Shown here one piece after another: positions 21,393-31,400 of a stretch of DNA of 41,058 nt (positions within the stretch are counted from its first letter, which is position 1; each line of letters begins with the position of its first letter). The stretch is taken from NCBI GenBank assembly GCA_903921835.1, contig CAIXRL010000296.1, forward strand, positions 1 to 41,058. The letters run 5' to 3'. A program made the translations under genes and the position numbers. The notes beneath the pieces are model-generated. The model made no database searches. It saw nothing but the letters and a program-made list of their open reading frames with translations, and was not told the origin of the DNA. Source of the stretch: Candidatus Eiseniibacteriota bacterium. Lineage in GTDB: Bacteria > Eisenbacteria > RBG-16-71-46.

Positions 21393-22949
21393 ATGGGCAT
21401 GCTGGGCAGCACGCGCGCGTGGTTCCGCCGTGTGGGCAGCGAATCCGGCGCTCCCGTCCCCACCGTCCGAAACTCCGGGTCGTCTCCCTACGAGGCGGGC
21501 GCGTACACGCGCCGCACGCGGGGATGGAATGCCCCCACCACCAGCGCGAATCAGGCCATTCTCGCCTCGCTCTCGACGCTGCGCGACCGCTCTCGCGCGG
21601 CCACGCGGAACGACGGGTACGCCAAAGGCGTGATCGACAAGCTCGTCTCGAACATCATCGGGACCGGGATCAAGCCATTGTCGCAAGCGGAGGATCCGAA
21701 GTTCCGGCGGGACATTCAGGCGCTCTGGCTGCGCTGGACGTACGAGAGCGATGCGGATGGACTGCTCGACTTCGAGGGTCAACAAGGGCAGGCGGTCAGA
21801 ACATGGCTGGAAGCCGGCGAGGCCTTCGGGCGCATCCGGTTGCGCCTGCCCGCTGACGGACTCTCGGTGCCTCTGCAGGTCCAGGTCCTGGAGCCGGAAC
21901 TGTGCCCCTACCAATACAACATGTTTTCGAGCGGGCTGAAGGTGCGGGCCGGGATCGAATTCAATCTGATCGGTAGTCGATCGGCGTATTACTTCTACCC
22001 GTCCAGGCCAGAGCTGGACGACTTCGACCCCTCGCAACTGCGACGCCTCGATGCCGCCTCAGTGATCCACCTGTATGACCCGTTGCGGCCAGGCCAGTTG
22101 CGCGGCATCCCTCACCTGACGCAGGCCCTGGTCAACCTCTACGAGCTCGACCAGTACGACGACGCCACGCTGGTGCGGCAGAAGCTCGCCAACATGTTCG
22201 CCGGATTCATCAAGCGCCCCGCCGACGTGGGCGACCTCGCCGAGCTCGATACACTCACCGGCCTGAAGGCGGACACTCATGACGGCAAGCCGCTGGCGTC
22301 GTTGGAGCCGGGGCTGATGCAGGAACTCGACCCGGGCGAGGAGGTGCAGTGGTCCAATCCGCCCGACGCAGGCCCGGGCTATCCGGACTTCATGCGCCAG
22401 CAACTCTACGGCGTCTCTGCGGCAACCGGCGTGCCGTACGAGGTGCTGACGGGAGACATGCGGGGCGTCAACGATCGCGTGGTGCGGGTCCTGCTCAACG
22501 AGTTCCGCGGTCGCGTGGCTGCTTGGCAGCACAGCATTGTGGCCCAGGCGTTCTGCCGCCCGATCTGGCGTGCCTGGATGGACCGAGTAGTGCTCTCTGG
22601 CGCGCTGGCCATCCCGCGGGCTGAGTACCTCCGCAATCCCGAGCGCTGGACTGCTGTGAAGTGGACACCGCCGCGGGTGCCATACATCCAGCCGGTCCAG
22701 GACATCGAAGCGCAGAAGGCCGCTATTCGCTCTGGACTCACCTCGCGGAGCGCGACGGTCAGCGAGTACGGCGAGGACGCCGAGGCGATCGACACCGAGC
22801 AGGCGATCGACAACCAGCGGGCCGACGCGCTCGGCCTCACGTACGACACCGATCCGCGGAAGGTGTCGGTCGCGGGACTCACGCAGGTGCAGCCGCCCGG
22901 CAGCGTGCTGCCGGATGACAGTGGCAACAGTGAAGGGACACAGCCATGA
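21393..22949 (+). CDS. Portal protein, lambda gpB family
   Basis: 518 aa. The N-terminal region RTRGWNAPTTSANQAILASLSTLRDRSRAATRNDGYAKGVIDKLVSNIIGTGIKP is typical of lambda-type portals, and the gene order fits. Confidence 0.92.
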   Translation: MGMLGSTRAWFRRVGSESGAPVPTVRNSGSSPYEAGAYTRRTRGWNAPTTSANQAILASLSTLRDRSRAATRNDGYAKGVIDKLVSNIIGTGIKPLSQAEDPKFRRDIQALWLRWTYESDADGLLDFEGQQGQAVRTWLEAGEAFGRIRLRLPADGLSVPLQVQVLEPELCPYQYNMFSSGLKVRAGIEFNLIGSRSAYYFYPSRPELDDFDPSQLRRLDAASVIHLYDPLRPGQLRGIPHLTQALVNLYELDQYDDATLVRQKLANMFAGFIKRPADVGDLAELDTLTGLKADTHDGKPLASLEPGLMQELDPGEEVQWSNPPDAGPGYPDFMRQQLYGVSAATGVPYEVLTGDMRGVNDRVVRVLLNEFRGRVAAWQHSIVAQAFCRPIWRAWMDRVVLSGALAIPRAEYLRNPERWTAVKWTPPRVPYIQPVQDIEAQKAAIRSGLTSRSATVSEYGEDAEAIDTEQAIDNQRADALGLTYDTDPRKVSVAGLTQVQPPGSVLPDDSGNSEGTQP

Positions 22950-24022
22950 GGAACTGGTATCGCATCGAAGCCAAGGCGCAGCAAGACGTGGCTGACGTCT
23001 ACGTGTTCGCCGAGATCGGCAAGTCGTATTGGGACGATGAGACGGTGACCGCGTCGAAGTTCGTCACCGACCTCAACGCCCTGCCGGACGCCGTCAAGAC
23101 CATTCGCGTCCACGTGAACTCGCCGGGCGGGTCCGTGTTCGAGGCGCACGCGATCGCAAATGCGCTCCGGGCGCAACGCAGCGTCAAGGGGCGCGCCGTG
23201 GAGATGACGATCGACGGGATCGCCGCGAGCGCCGCCACCATCATCACCAGCGCGGGCAGCCCGATCCGCATCGCCGATAACGCGATGATGATGATTCACG
23301 ACCCCATCGCGATCGAAATGGGGCCGGCCTCCGCCCTCCGGAAGATGGCCGACGCCCTCGACGGCATCAAGAATTCCATCATCGCCGCCTACCGGTGGGT
23401 CTCACAGAAGACCGCTGACGAGCTCGCCACGATGATGACCGACACGACCTGGATGGACGCGGCACAGGCCATTGAGAACGGACTCGCCACCGAGATCGTC
23501 CAGGGCGCCCAGGTCACGAACTGCTTCCGCCCGGACGCGCTGGCCCGACTCGGCGTGGTGCCCGACCCGTTCCGTGCGCGCGTGGAGGCCATGGCCCAGA
23601 CACCAGAGACGCCGCCGCTGGCCCAGCAACCCGCCGCGGCAGCCGACATCCTGCGTCTCTGCGCGGACGCGGATCTCGACCTGGCCTTCGCCGGCGCGCT
23701 GGTTGCCTCTAGCGCGACCCCCGACCAGGCGCAGGCCCGGATCGCCGATGAACAGGGGATACGCCGAGAGGCCACGGCGCGCGCCGAGACCATCACGGCC
23801 ATCTGCGACAAGGCGAAGCTGCCCGAACTCGCGCAGGGCTACATCGAGGGCGCCATGAGCGTCGATGCCGTGAGCGCCCACTTGACCGTGTTGACGGCCA
23901 AGCTCGACTCCGTCGAGATCGACGGCAGCCTCGCCCCCGATCGGGGCACCACGACCAAGGCTCGCATTGACGTGTCGGCGGTCTACGCCGAACGCAACCG
24001 CATGAAGGAGAAGACATCATGA
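22946..24022 (+). CDS. Head maturation protease (S49/ClpP-like, lambda gpC-like) with a C-terminal scaffold-like domain
   Basis: ATGA overlap at the start. Motifs: VHVNSPGGSVFEAHAIANAL and IDGIAASAATIITSAG. The C-terminal half is A/Q/E-rich. Confidence 0.88.
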   Translation: MRNWYRIEAKAQQDVADVYVFAEIGKSYWDDETVTASKFVTDLNALPDAVKTIRVHVNSPGGSVFEAHAIANALRAQRSVKGRAVEMTIDGIAASAATIITSAGSPIRIADNAMMMIHDPIAIEMGPASALRKMADALDGIKNSIIAAYRWVSQKTADELATMMTDTTWMDAAQAIENGLATEIVQGAQVTNCFRPDALARLGVVPDPFRARVEAMAQTPETPPLAQQPAAAADILRLCADADLDLAFAGALVASSATPDQAQARIADEQGIRREATARAETITAICDKAKLPELAQGYIEGAMSVDAVSAHLTVLTAKLDSVEIDGSLAPDRGTTTKARIDVSAVYAERNRMKEKTS

Positions 24023-24390
24023 GCGTACTGACCGAAGGCCGACACACCGGCGAGTTCCTCCTCTCCGAACTGCCGGGCACTCTCTCGCGCGACACGGCGA
24101 CCGTCGTGGTTCCGGCCGCGACCACGCTCGAACCCGGGACCGTCCTCGGACAGATCTCCGGCTCGGGCCACTACGCGCCCTACGACGACCGCATGTCGGA
24201 CGGACGCGAGGAAGCGGCGGCCATCCTGTTCGACACGCTGGTCAACGCGGACGACGAGCCGGCGGACATGGAAGCGGTCGTCATCAACGCGGGCGCCGAA
24301 GTGCGGGCTGATGCGCTCGGGTGGGAAGCCGGCGTCGACGACGATGGCGGCCTCGTGGCCCTGGCCGAACTGCTGATCAAGGCGCGGTAA
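24019..24390 (+). CDS. Head decoration protein (lambda gpD-like)
   Basis: ATGA overlap at the start; 123 aa. The N-terminus GRHTGEFLLSE and its position between protease and major capsid protein fit gpD. Confidence 0.8.
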   Translation: MSVLTEGRHTGEFLLSELPGTLSRDTATVVVPAATTLEPGTVLGQISGSGHYAPYDDRMSDGREEAAAILFDTLVNADDEPADMEAVVINAGAEVRADALGWEAGVDDDGGLVALAELLIKAR

Positions 24391-24463
24391 CGCGGCGTCT
24401 CCAGGCTGGGCGCATCGCGCCGGCCCGGCGAGCCCTGAATTTCGACACTGAGGAGAACCGATC

Positions 24464-25453
24464 ATGCCCATGCTCGACGTATTCAAAACCGATGCGTTCT
24501 CGGTGGTCTCCCTCACCGACGCGATCCTGAAGCGGCCCTACCGGCCGGGGCGGATCGGCTCGCTGGGGTTGTTCCGTGAACGCGGCATCACCACGACCTC
24601 GGCCGTGGTCGAACAGAAGGACGGCCAGTTGTCGCTGATCGCGACGTCCCCGCGCGGCGGCCCGGCCAGCGCCATCGGCGGCACGTCCCGCACCGCGCGC
24701 ATCTTCAAGGCGTCGCACCTCGAGCGCGAGGCGAAGGTCATGGCCGACGAGGTCCAGGGCGTGCGTGCCTTCGGGTCGGAGAACTCGACCCAGGCCGTTC
24801 AGGATCTGGTCAACGAGCGGTTGACAGACCTGCGGGCCATGCACGAGGCCACGCTGGAGTACCACCGGGCGGGGGCCATCAAGGGATTGATCCTCGACTC
24901 GAACGGCTCAACCCCGATCTATAACCTGTTCACGGAGTTCGGCATCCGACAGCAGAGTTTCGAGCTGGACCTCGCTGACGACATCCGCAATCAGAGCGTG
25001 GCGATCCAGCGCCTGAGCGAGGATGAACTCGGCGCCGACGCCGTGACCGGCTACCGCGCATTCTGCGGTGACACCTTCTTCGACGCACTGCTCGAGGCCG
25101 ATGCTGTGCAGGAGTCCCTGAAGTATCAGGCCAGCACCCTTCTTCGAGACGACGTACGGAGCGGGTTCCAGTACGGCGGCATCACCTGGGAGAACTACCG
25201 CGGCCGCGTGGGCCAGGTCGATTTCTTCCCGACCGGCGAGGCCTATGTCGTGCCGATCGGGACGTCGATCTTCGCGACGTACTTCGCGCCGGCCGACTTC
25301 ATGGAGGCCGTGAACACGCTCGGCCTGCCGCTCTACGCGAAGATGTTCTTCGACGACGACCTCGGAAGGTGGGCGGCCGTTCATACCCAGAGCAATCCTT
25401 TGGCGCTCTGTCTGCGGCCGAGGGCCGTCATCCAGGTCACGCTCGGCACGTAA
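24464..25453 (+). CDS. Major capsid protein, lambda gpE family
   Basis: 329 aa. The N-terminus MPMLDVFKTDAFSVVSLTDAILKRPYRPGRIGSLGLF is typical of gpE-family capsid proteins. The RBS is gaggag. Confidence 0.93.
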   Translation: MPMLDVFKTDAFSVVSLTDAILKRPYRPGRIGSLGLFRERGITTTSAVVEQKDGQLSLIATSPRGGPASAIGGTSRTARIFKASHLEREAKVMADEVQGVRAFGSENSTQAVQDLVNERLTDLRAMHEATLEYHRAGAIKGLILDSNGSTPIYNLFTEFGIRQQSFELDLADDIRNQSVAIQRLSEDELGADAVTGYRAFCGDTFFDALLEADAVQESLKYQASTLLRDDVRSGFQYGGITWENYRGRVGQVDFFPTGEAYVVPIGTSIFATYFAPADFMEAVNTLGLPLYAKMFFDDDLGRWAAVHTQSNPLALCLRPRAVIQVTLGT

Positions 25454-25459
25454 GGCGCC

Positions 25460-25801
25460 ATGGCTTCCGACCTACGGCCTCTGCTGGGGCCGATCTTCGA
25501 CGCGTTCGGGGTGCCGGCCACAGTGACACGGCCGGCCCCTGACGAGGAACCGATCGAGACCACCGTCGTGTGGGTCTCGGCGGCGACTGACGACGTGCCG
25601 TCTGGCGCCGAGCTCGGACGGAAAGAACCCAGGAAGGCGCTCTCGATCCGACGCGCGGACGTGCCGACACTGCCGCGCAAGACGACGATCGAGGCGCCCG
25701 AGTCGCTCGGTGGAGACGTGAAGCGCTGGCGCGTGGACAGCATTGAACGAGACGACGTCGACGAAATACGCGCGCTGGTCATTCCCGAGCCGGAACCCTG
25801 A
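25460..25801 (+). CDS. Putative head-tail connector/head-closure protein
   Basis: Called from position and size only (113 aa). Confidence 0.5.
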   Translation: MASDLRPLLGPIFDAFGVPATVTRPAPDEEPIETTVVWVSAATDDVPSGAELGRKEPRKALSIRRADVPTLPRKTTIEAPESLGGDVKRWRVDSIERDDVDEIRALVIPEPEP

Positions 25802-25805
25802 ACCC

Positions 25806-26249
25806 ATGGACCTGATCAAGACCGCCCGTACGCTGATCCTCGAAGCCGCACAGGCGCGGCTCGTGCTGATCCTGCGCGCGAGCGGCTACGCGACCGACGC
25901 GGGCCAGTGCGTCTTCGCGGGCGAGATTACCGCCATCGGTCCGGACGATCCCGAGCAGGCGATCTCGGTCGTCCTCGGCATCGACACACCTGGCCGGCCG
26001 TTGACGCAGGTACCGATCCAGATCAGCGCACTGGCCCGGGCCGACATCGACGAGCCCTGGCTGGCGGCTGAGGCCATCCTCGGCGACATCAGGACCGCGA
26101 TGGAGACGACCGACCGCACGCTCGGCGGCCTGGTCAAGACGATGGAGAAGGGATCGGTGCAGCCCTATCCACGCGAGCCAGGAAGCACGGTCGTCGGCGT
26201 GACGATCACGTATCTGGCGACCTACGTCGATTGGTGGGGGCATCTCTAA
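25806..26249 (+). CDS. Putative neck/tail-completion protein
   Basis: ATG at 25806 lies within listed ORF 25743..26249. Called from position only. Confidence 0.5.
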   Translation: MDLIKTARTLILEAAQARLVLILRASGYATDAGQCVFAGEITAIGPDDPEQAISVVLGIDTPGRPLTQVPIQISALARADIDEPWLAAEAILGDIRTAMETTDRTLGGLVKTMEKGSVQPYPREPGSTVVGVTITYLATYVDWWGHL

Positions 26250-26857
26250 TGGCCTCCCTGGCTCTCTCCTCGTCAGTGGCCCAGCGAGCCATCGAACGGC
26301 TGAAGACCTCCGCCCCGCAGGCCATCGTCCGCGCGCTGAACAAGTCGATCGCGTCGGCGAAGGTCGCCCTGGCGAAGTCGGTGAGTCAGGACACCGGCAT
26401 GAAGTCGGCCACCGTCAAGGATCGGATCGCCATCCTCCCGGCGACGGTCACTCGCCAGGCCGCGCAGTTGACCACGAGTGCCCAGCGGATCCCGCTGATC
26501 GACTGGGATGCGCGCGGGCCGTACCCGTCGAGGGGCAATGGGAAGGGCGTCAGCGTCAGCCTGCGGACGTCGGGCGTCCAGTCGATCAAGGCCAGGGGCC
26601 AGTCGCTCGGAGTCGGAGGATCGACCGGTGGAGGCCGTGGGCGCTACCCGACTGCCTTCATCGCCATCATGAAGAGCGGCCACCGCGGGGTGTTCTCGCG
26701 TGCCGGCACGAAGCGGACGCCCATCTACCAGATGTACGGTCCCTCGCTCGCGCGCGTGTCCGACCGGTTCTCGGCCGTGGCCGCGGCGCGCGGCATGGAG
26801 CAGCTCCGCAAGAACCTCGCCTCTGAGTTTCGATACGTCATGCGCACCGGCGCGTAA
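26249..26857 (+). CDS. Putative tail-completion protein (gpZ-like)
   Basis: TAATG junction at the start. AIVRALNKS...AFIAIMKSGHRGVFSR...PIYQMYGPS resembles minor tail protein Z-type sequences. This is a motif-level call. Confidence 0.55.
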   Translation: MASLALSSSVAQRAIERLKTSAPQAIVRALNKSIASAKVALAKSVSQDTGMKSATVKDRIAILPATVTRQAAQLTTSAQRIPLIDWDARGPYPSRGNGKGVSVSLRTSGVQSIKARGQSLGVGGSTGGGRGRYPTAFIAIMKSGHRGVFSRAGTKRTPIYQMYGPSLARVSDRFSAVAAARGMEQLRKNLASEFRYVMRTGA

Positions 26858-26874
26858 CAGGAGAGCAGATCACC

Positions 26875-27486
26875 ATGGACAACAATTCCGTTCCGTTCGA
26901 AATCGTCGCCACCGGCGAGGTGGATCTCTACCTGGCGCCGGTGAGCACCCCGTTTCCGACCACGCCGTCCGAGACGCCCCCGGCGCCGTGGGCGCTGATC
27001 GGCAAGAGCGGCGGGCAGAACTACGACCCGGCCGGCATCACGATCGCCTTGGCGCAGAGCACGACCGAGCTGCGCGGCCTCAAGGACGTCGAGACGCGCA
27101 AGGTCATCCGCACGTCGGCCTCGAAGAAGCTGTCCGGCAACGTCTTCGACATCACGGCCGAGACGATGGCTCTCGCGCTCAACGGCAACGCCATCGTCGA
27201 GACGCCTGGCGGCGCAGATAAGGGCTTCCAGACCATCGGGCTGTCGCTCGGGTCGATGGTGACCACCTACGCGCTCCTGATGCGCAGCGTCTCGCCGTAT
27301 CTCGCGGACGGCGCGAGCCAGTGGTGCTTCCCGATCGTCGTGCAGTCGGGCAGCCCCTCGGTCGTCTACAGCAACAACGGCGCGGCGGGCCTGGCGCTCG
27401 AATTCACCGCCCTGGTCGACACGACCCAGGCGGCCGCCAAGCGCTCGGGCTGGTACGAAGCCGAGCACGAGGATGCTTCCAGCTAA
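26875..27486 (+). CDS. Major tail (tube) protein
   Basis: The RBS is aggagag. The gene is 203 aa and lies directly upstream of the chaperone pair and the tape measure gene. Confidence 0.7.
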   Translation: MDNNSVPFEIVATGEVDLYLAPVSTPFPTTPSETPPAPWALIGKSGGQNYDPAGITIALAQSTTELRGLKDVETRKVIRTSASKKLSGNVFDITAETMALALNGNAIVETPGGADKGFQTIGLSLGSMVTTYALLMRSVSPYLADGASQWCFPIVVQSGSPSVVYSNNGAAGLALEFTALVDTTQAAAKRSGWYEAEHEDASS

Positions 27487-27703
27487 CCTGGCCGAACGGT
27501 GCGCGGCCTTGCGCGTCGAAGTGAAGATGCACAAGGCCGCCATCGCTCGGCATCGTCGCCAGCTCGGGACCGCGAAGGCCGCCCTGGTGGAGGTAGAGGC
27601 CAGATGTTTGCGCCTCGGCCTCACCGTCGAACTGATCGAACGCGCCCCCAATTCGTTTACCGACCTTCACAGGTCCAGCGAAGGAACAGGATTCCATGGC
27701 TGA
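27473..27703 (+). CDS. Hypothetical small coiled-coil protein (76 aa)
   Basis: It overlaps both neighbours by 8-14 nt and has moderately high third-position GC. No motif recognised. Confidence 0.35.
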   Translation: MLPANLAERCAALRVEVKMHKAAIARHRRQLGTAKAALVEVEARCLRLGLTVELIERAPNSFTDLHRSSEGTGFHG

Positions 27704-28100
27704 ACAGACACCGCCTGCGCCGACACCCCTCCTTGATCTGGACACCCTCGCGGAGCGTCCGTTCGTGCTGATCGACCAGGTCAAGTACGAACTCCGCACA
27801 CCAGAGGAGGTCTCCGTTCTGGAGCATCGCCGCCTCGGCAAGCTCGGCGCCAGGCTGGACGCGATCGAAAAGACCGAAGACCCCAGCGAGGAGGAGGAGC
27901 AGGAATACGAACAGTTGCTCAAGACGCTGAGCGGACGAGTCCTCCTGGCCCCAGACGAGGTGAAGGCGCGGTTGAACAGTTCCCAGCGGGTCGCGGTGGC
28001 CGTGGCTTTTACGAGGCTCCGGCAGACGAGCAGACCCTCTCTGGCCGGAGCGAAGACCAAGGCGCCAGCGGAGAAGGTTCGAAGCCGACGCAAGGCGTGA
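27696..28100 (+). CDS. Tail assembly chaperone (gpG-like)
   Basis: It has an acidic central stretch (EDPSEEEEQEYEQ) and lies immediately upstream of the tape measure gene. The -1 frame is open across its 3' end. Confidence 0.6.
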   Translation: MAEQTPPAPTPLLDLDTLAERPFVLIDQVKYELRTPEEVSVLEHRRLGKLGARLDAIEKTEDPSEEEEQEYEQLLKTLSGRVLLAPDEVKARLNSSQRVAVAVAFTRLRQTSRPSLAGAKTKAPAEKVRSRRKA

Positions 28101-28456
28101 GACGAGACGACTGGGGCGAGTTGATTCCGCGCCTCGTCGCCAGATATGGGGGCGACGCGATGACCTGGCTCGATCGAACCCCGCGCGCCATCGTCCGAGC
28201 CTGCCTCCTGATGTTGCCGCGGCTCCAGGCGGAGGAATCATTACTGACATCGCAGCGGATCGCCGTGGGAACCGGGTCCATGAAATCAGCCGACAGTCGG
28301 CAGATCACGAGTGGCTGGATCAGGGCGATGCGTAACCAAGGAACATCGATGGCGCCAGGCCCCTCGTCGAAAGCGTCCATCCGCGCGTTTTGCGCGAATG
28401 GTGGCATGGGGTACGTCAGAACGCCGAAACCGTCACGGGTCGATACGCAGCCATGA
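28097..28456 (+). CDS. gpT-like ORF, probably expressed as a G-T fusion by -1 frameshifting
   Basis: It is in the -1 frame relative to 27696..28100. That frame is open for more than 200 nt upstream of the nominal GTG at 28097. The stop overlaps the tape-measure ATG (ATGA). Confidence 0.5.
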   Translation: MRRDDWGELIPRLVARYGGDAMTWLDRTPRAIVRACLLMLPRLQAEESLLTSQRIAVGTGSMKSADSRQITSGWIRAMRNQGTSMAPGPSSKASIRAFCANGGMGYVRTPKPSRVDTQP

Positions 28457-31400
28457 GCCCGATCTCCCTCGAACGCGCGGTCCTCGAACTGGCGACCGAC
28501 TCCGCCAAGTTCAACACTGAACTGGATAAGGCGAAGCAGCGCGTCGCGGACCTCGAGGGGAAGTTCGCCTCGGCTAGCCAGCGCGCCGAGGGATTCGGCT
28601 CCGTCATCAAAACGGCGGCGGGCACGTTCAGTGGCTTCCTCGGGGCGCAAGCGGTTCTTTCTGGCGTCGGCTCCGCGTTCAGCGCGATCGGATCGGCGGC
28701 CATCACGATGAACAGTAATCTGGGGCGATCCACGTTGCAGTTCACGACGCTGATGGGCAGTTCGGACCAAGCAAAGAGCCAAGTCAAGGACCTCTTCGAG
28801 ATCGACAAGAAGACCCCGTTTGAAACTGGTCCCATCATCGAAGCCTCGAAGGCGCTCCAGACATTCGGCGGCAGCGCGCTCAATACCAAGGAGAACATCA
28901 TCGAGATCGGTGACGCCGCCGCCGCGACGGGCGCGCCGATCAATGAACTGGGCTTCTGGACAGGACGCCTCTACAGCGCGCTCAAGAGCGGGCAACCGTT
29001 CGGTGAAGCGGCCATGAGAATGCAGGAGCTGGGTGTCATGTCGCCCCAGGTCCGGCAGCAAATGGAGGCGATGCAGAAGGCTGGCAAGTCGGCTGATGAA
29101 ATCTTTGCGGTGTTCTCGAAAGACCTCGAGAAGTTCTCTGGTGCGATGGAGGTGCAGGCCCGAACCTGGGAAGGCGCGACGTCCACGTTTAGCGACTCCG
29201 CCAACATGATGGCGGCTGAGGCGTTCAAGCCGCTCTTTGAGGTGCTCAAGGACAGCCTCAACGAGATCAACGACTGGCTGGGGTCTGACCAGGCGCAGGG
29301 CCTGATCACGTGGTTCGCCGAGACCGTCGGCGGGGCGGTGGACAAGGCGAATGGCGCGTTGTCGGGCTTCGGGGACTGGCTGAAAGAGAACGACGTCCCG
29401 AACACGCTCGTCGCCTCCTGGACGTTGGCCGCAGAGGGCATAAAGGGGCCGACGGCGTCGATCGTCGCAGACATCAACGCGATGTGGGTGGCGATGTCGA
29501 GGCAACTGGGGGAGAAAGGCAACCTTGGGATTGCGGACGCACTGAAGGCGGCGCTGCTCGACTGGGTCGGTCAGCAGGCCGCGGCCGTCACGTTGATCTC
29601 TGACAACGTCAACGACTTCAGGGCAAGGCAGCTCGGGAGCAACACGCCCAATATTCCCGGCGCGCCGTCCCTCTTCGTGCCACAGGGTGGCTTGCAGATC
29701 CCAACCTCTCCGATCGGCGCAGACCTGATCAACGGGGAGGGATTTGGAACGGCGACAAAGACCGCGCTGACCACGGGTCAGAAGTCAGCGGAGGATGCCC
29801 ACAAGAAAGCGATCGACGAACTCGCGCACGCGACCGACACGCTCACGGAAGCCCAGCAGGCGCAGATCCTCTCCGATCTGGCGCTCGGTCTGAGCGAGTC
29901 GCAAATCGCTGACGCCATCAAACTGCACGACAGCACAGTCAAGCACTTCATCGAGACGGTGAAGGAGCGGAAGAAGGCCGAAGACGAACAGCAGAAGGAC
30001 AGCGTCGCCTGGAACGAGGCCTACATCGAGACCGTGGCGCACATCCACGACTCCCAGGCGAAGTATCTCCGAGAACTTGCGGCAGACCGAGTGAAGGCGG
30101 CCGAGTCCATCAAGAACGCGACGGACAAAACCAACCTCGACCAACTCACGGCGGTGAATCATTTCGCGGCCGAGTTGGAAAAGTCGTCGATGAGTACGAC
30201 GAACTACCAGATCCTCCAGAACACGCGGGCGCATGACTCGGCGATCCGCGACCTCCGAGACGTGACGAATCTCTCGAAGCCGGAGTTTGACCGACGCAAG
30301 AAGATCCTCGACGACTACTTCGCTCACGAAGGCAAGCTGATCACGGACAGTCACAAAGACTGGGTGGACGCCTTGTCGGGATTGGGCAACAGCTTCCGGC
30401 TGCTCGCCCAGTCGGCCGGCGAGGGCGGCCTGGGGTCAGTCGCGCAGGCGTTGGCGAACATCGTCGGCGGCATGGAGTTGGCGACGACGGCCGGCATCAA
30501 CTTCAAGAAGGCGCTCGATACCAAAGATACGGAAGTCAAGGTCGTGGGTGTGGCGGGCGCCGTCATCCAATTAGCCGCGGCGATGTCTCAGGCCACGAAC
30601 AACACGAACAAGCTCCAGGCGGCGCTGGGCGGCGCGGCGACTGGCTATGCTGCCGGCATCGGGGCGGGCCTCTCAAAGGCCTCGTCCGGCATCGTCGGTG
30701 CGATGCTGGCGATCAAGTCGTATTTCGATGCCTACGAGGCCCAAGGTGAGCAGGCGCGCCAGACCGCCGAGAGCATTCGGAAGGCCTGGCAATTGCTCAC
30801 TGGTGACCTGAGTAATCTTACTGCGGGAGCTGGCGGCGGCGCGATTCAGGGGCTCGATCTACTGGGCTCGACTGTCGGGAAGGGCGCACAGGACCTCATC
30901 GACAAGTTGACGCGGGCTGGGAGCGCCTGGGCCGACAAAATCATAGACCTTCAGTCGAAGATCAATCTCGGCACGATCAGCCTGGACGATTACAAGTTCG
31001 CGGTCGCCCAGATCAACGCGGAACTCGACAAGTTTCAGGCACAGCTCGATGGCGTGGGCATCGCCATCCAAGGCGTGGACGCCCGAAGCGCGGCCTTCGT
31101 CTCGCCGTTCCAGAAGAGCCTCGACGACATCGCTGACCTTCGGAAGCAATTGGCGGAATTGCCGACCGACATTGAAGGGCTGGCAGCGGCGGACGCCCTC
31201 ACCAAGCAACTGACCCAGAAGTCCGACGCGTTGAAGGACTGGGCGGCGCACGCGCAGCCCGAGTTCGATCGGCTGAGCGTCTACATCGCGGGGGCGCTGG
31301 GAGCCGGCATCGCGAAGGGCCTCTCGCCGATAGAGCTGATGAAGCAGCTCAAGCCGGCGTTTGACGCGCTGAAAACGGGCACGGGCGAGATGGGCCTGTC

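Noticed and set aside
27864-27875. The GAA AAG A-run, considered as the chaperone -1 frameshift site.
   Set aside because: The -1 frame product from this point is R/G-rich and not protein-like for about 45 codons. The T-run at 28007-28010 gives a more plausible junction. It is kept only as a weak alternative.
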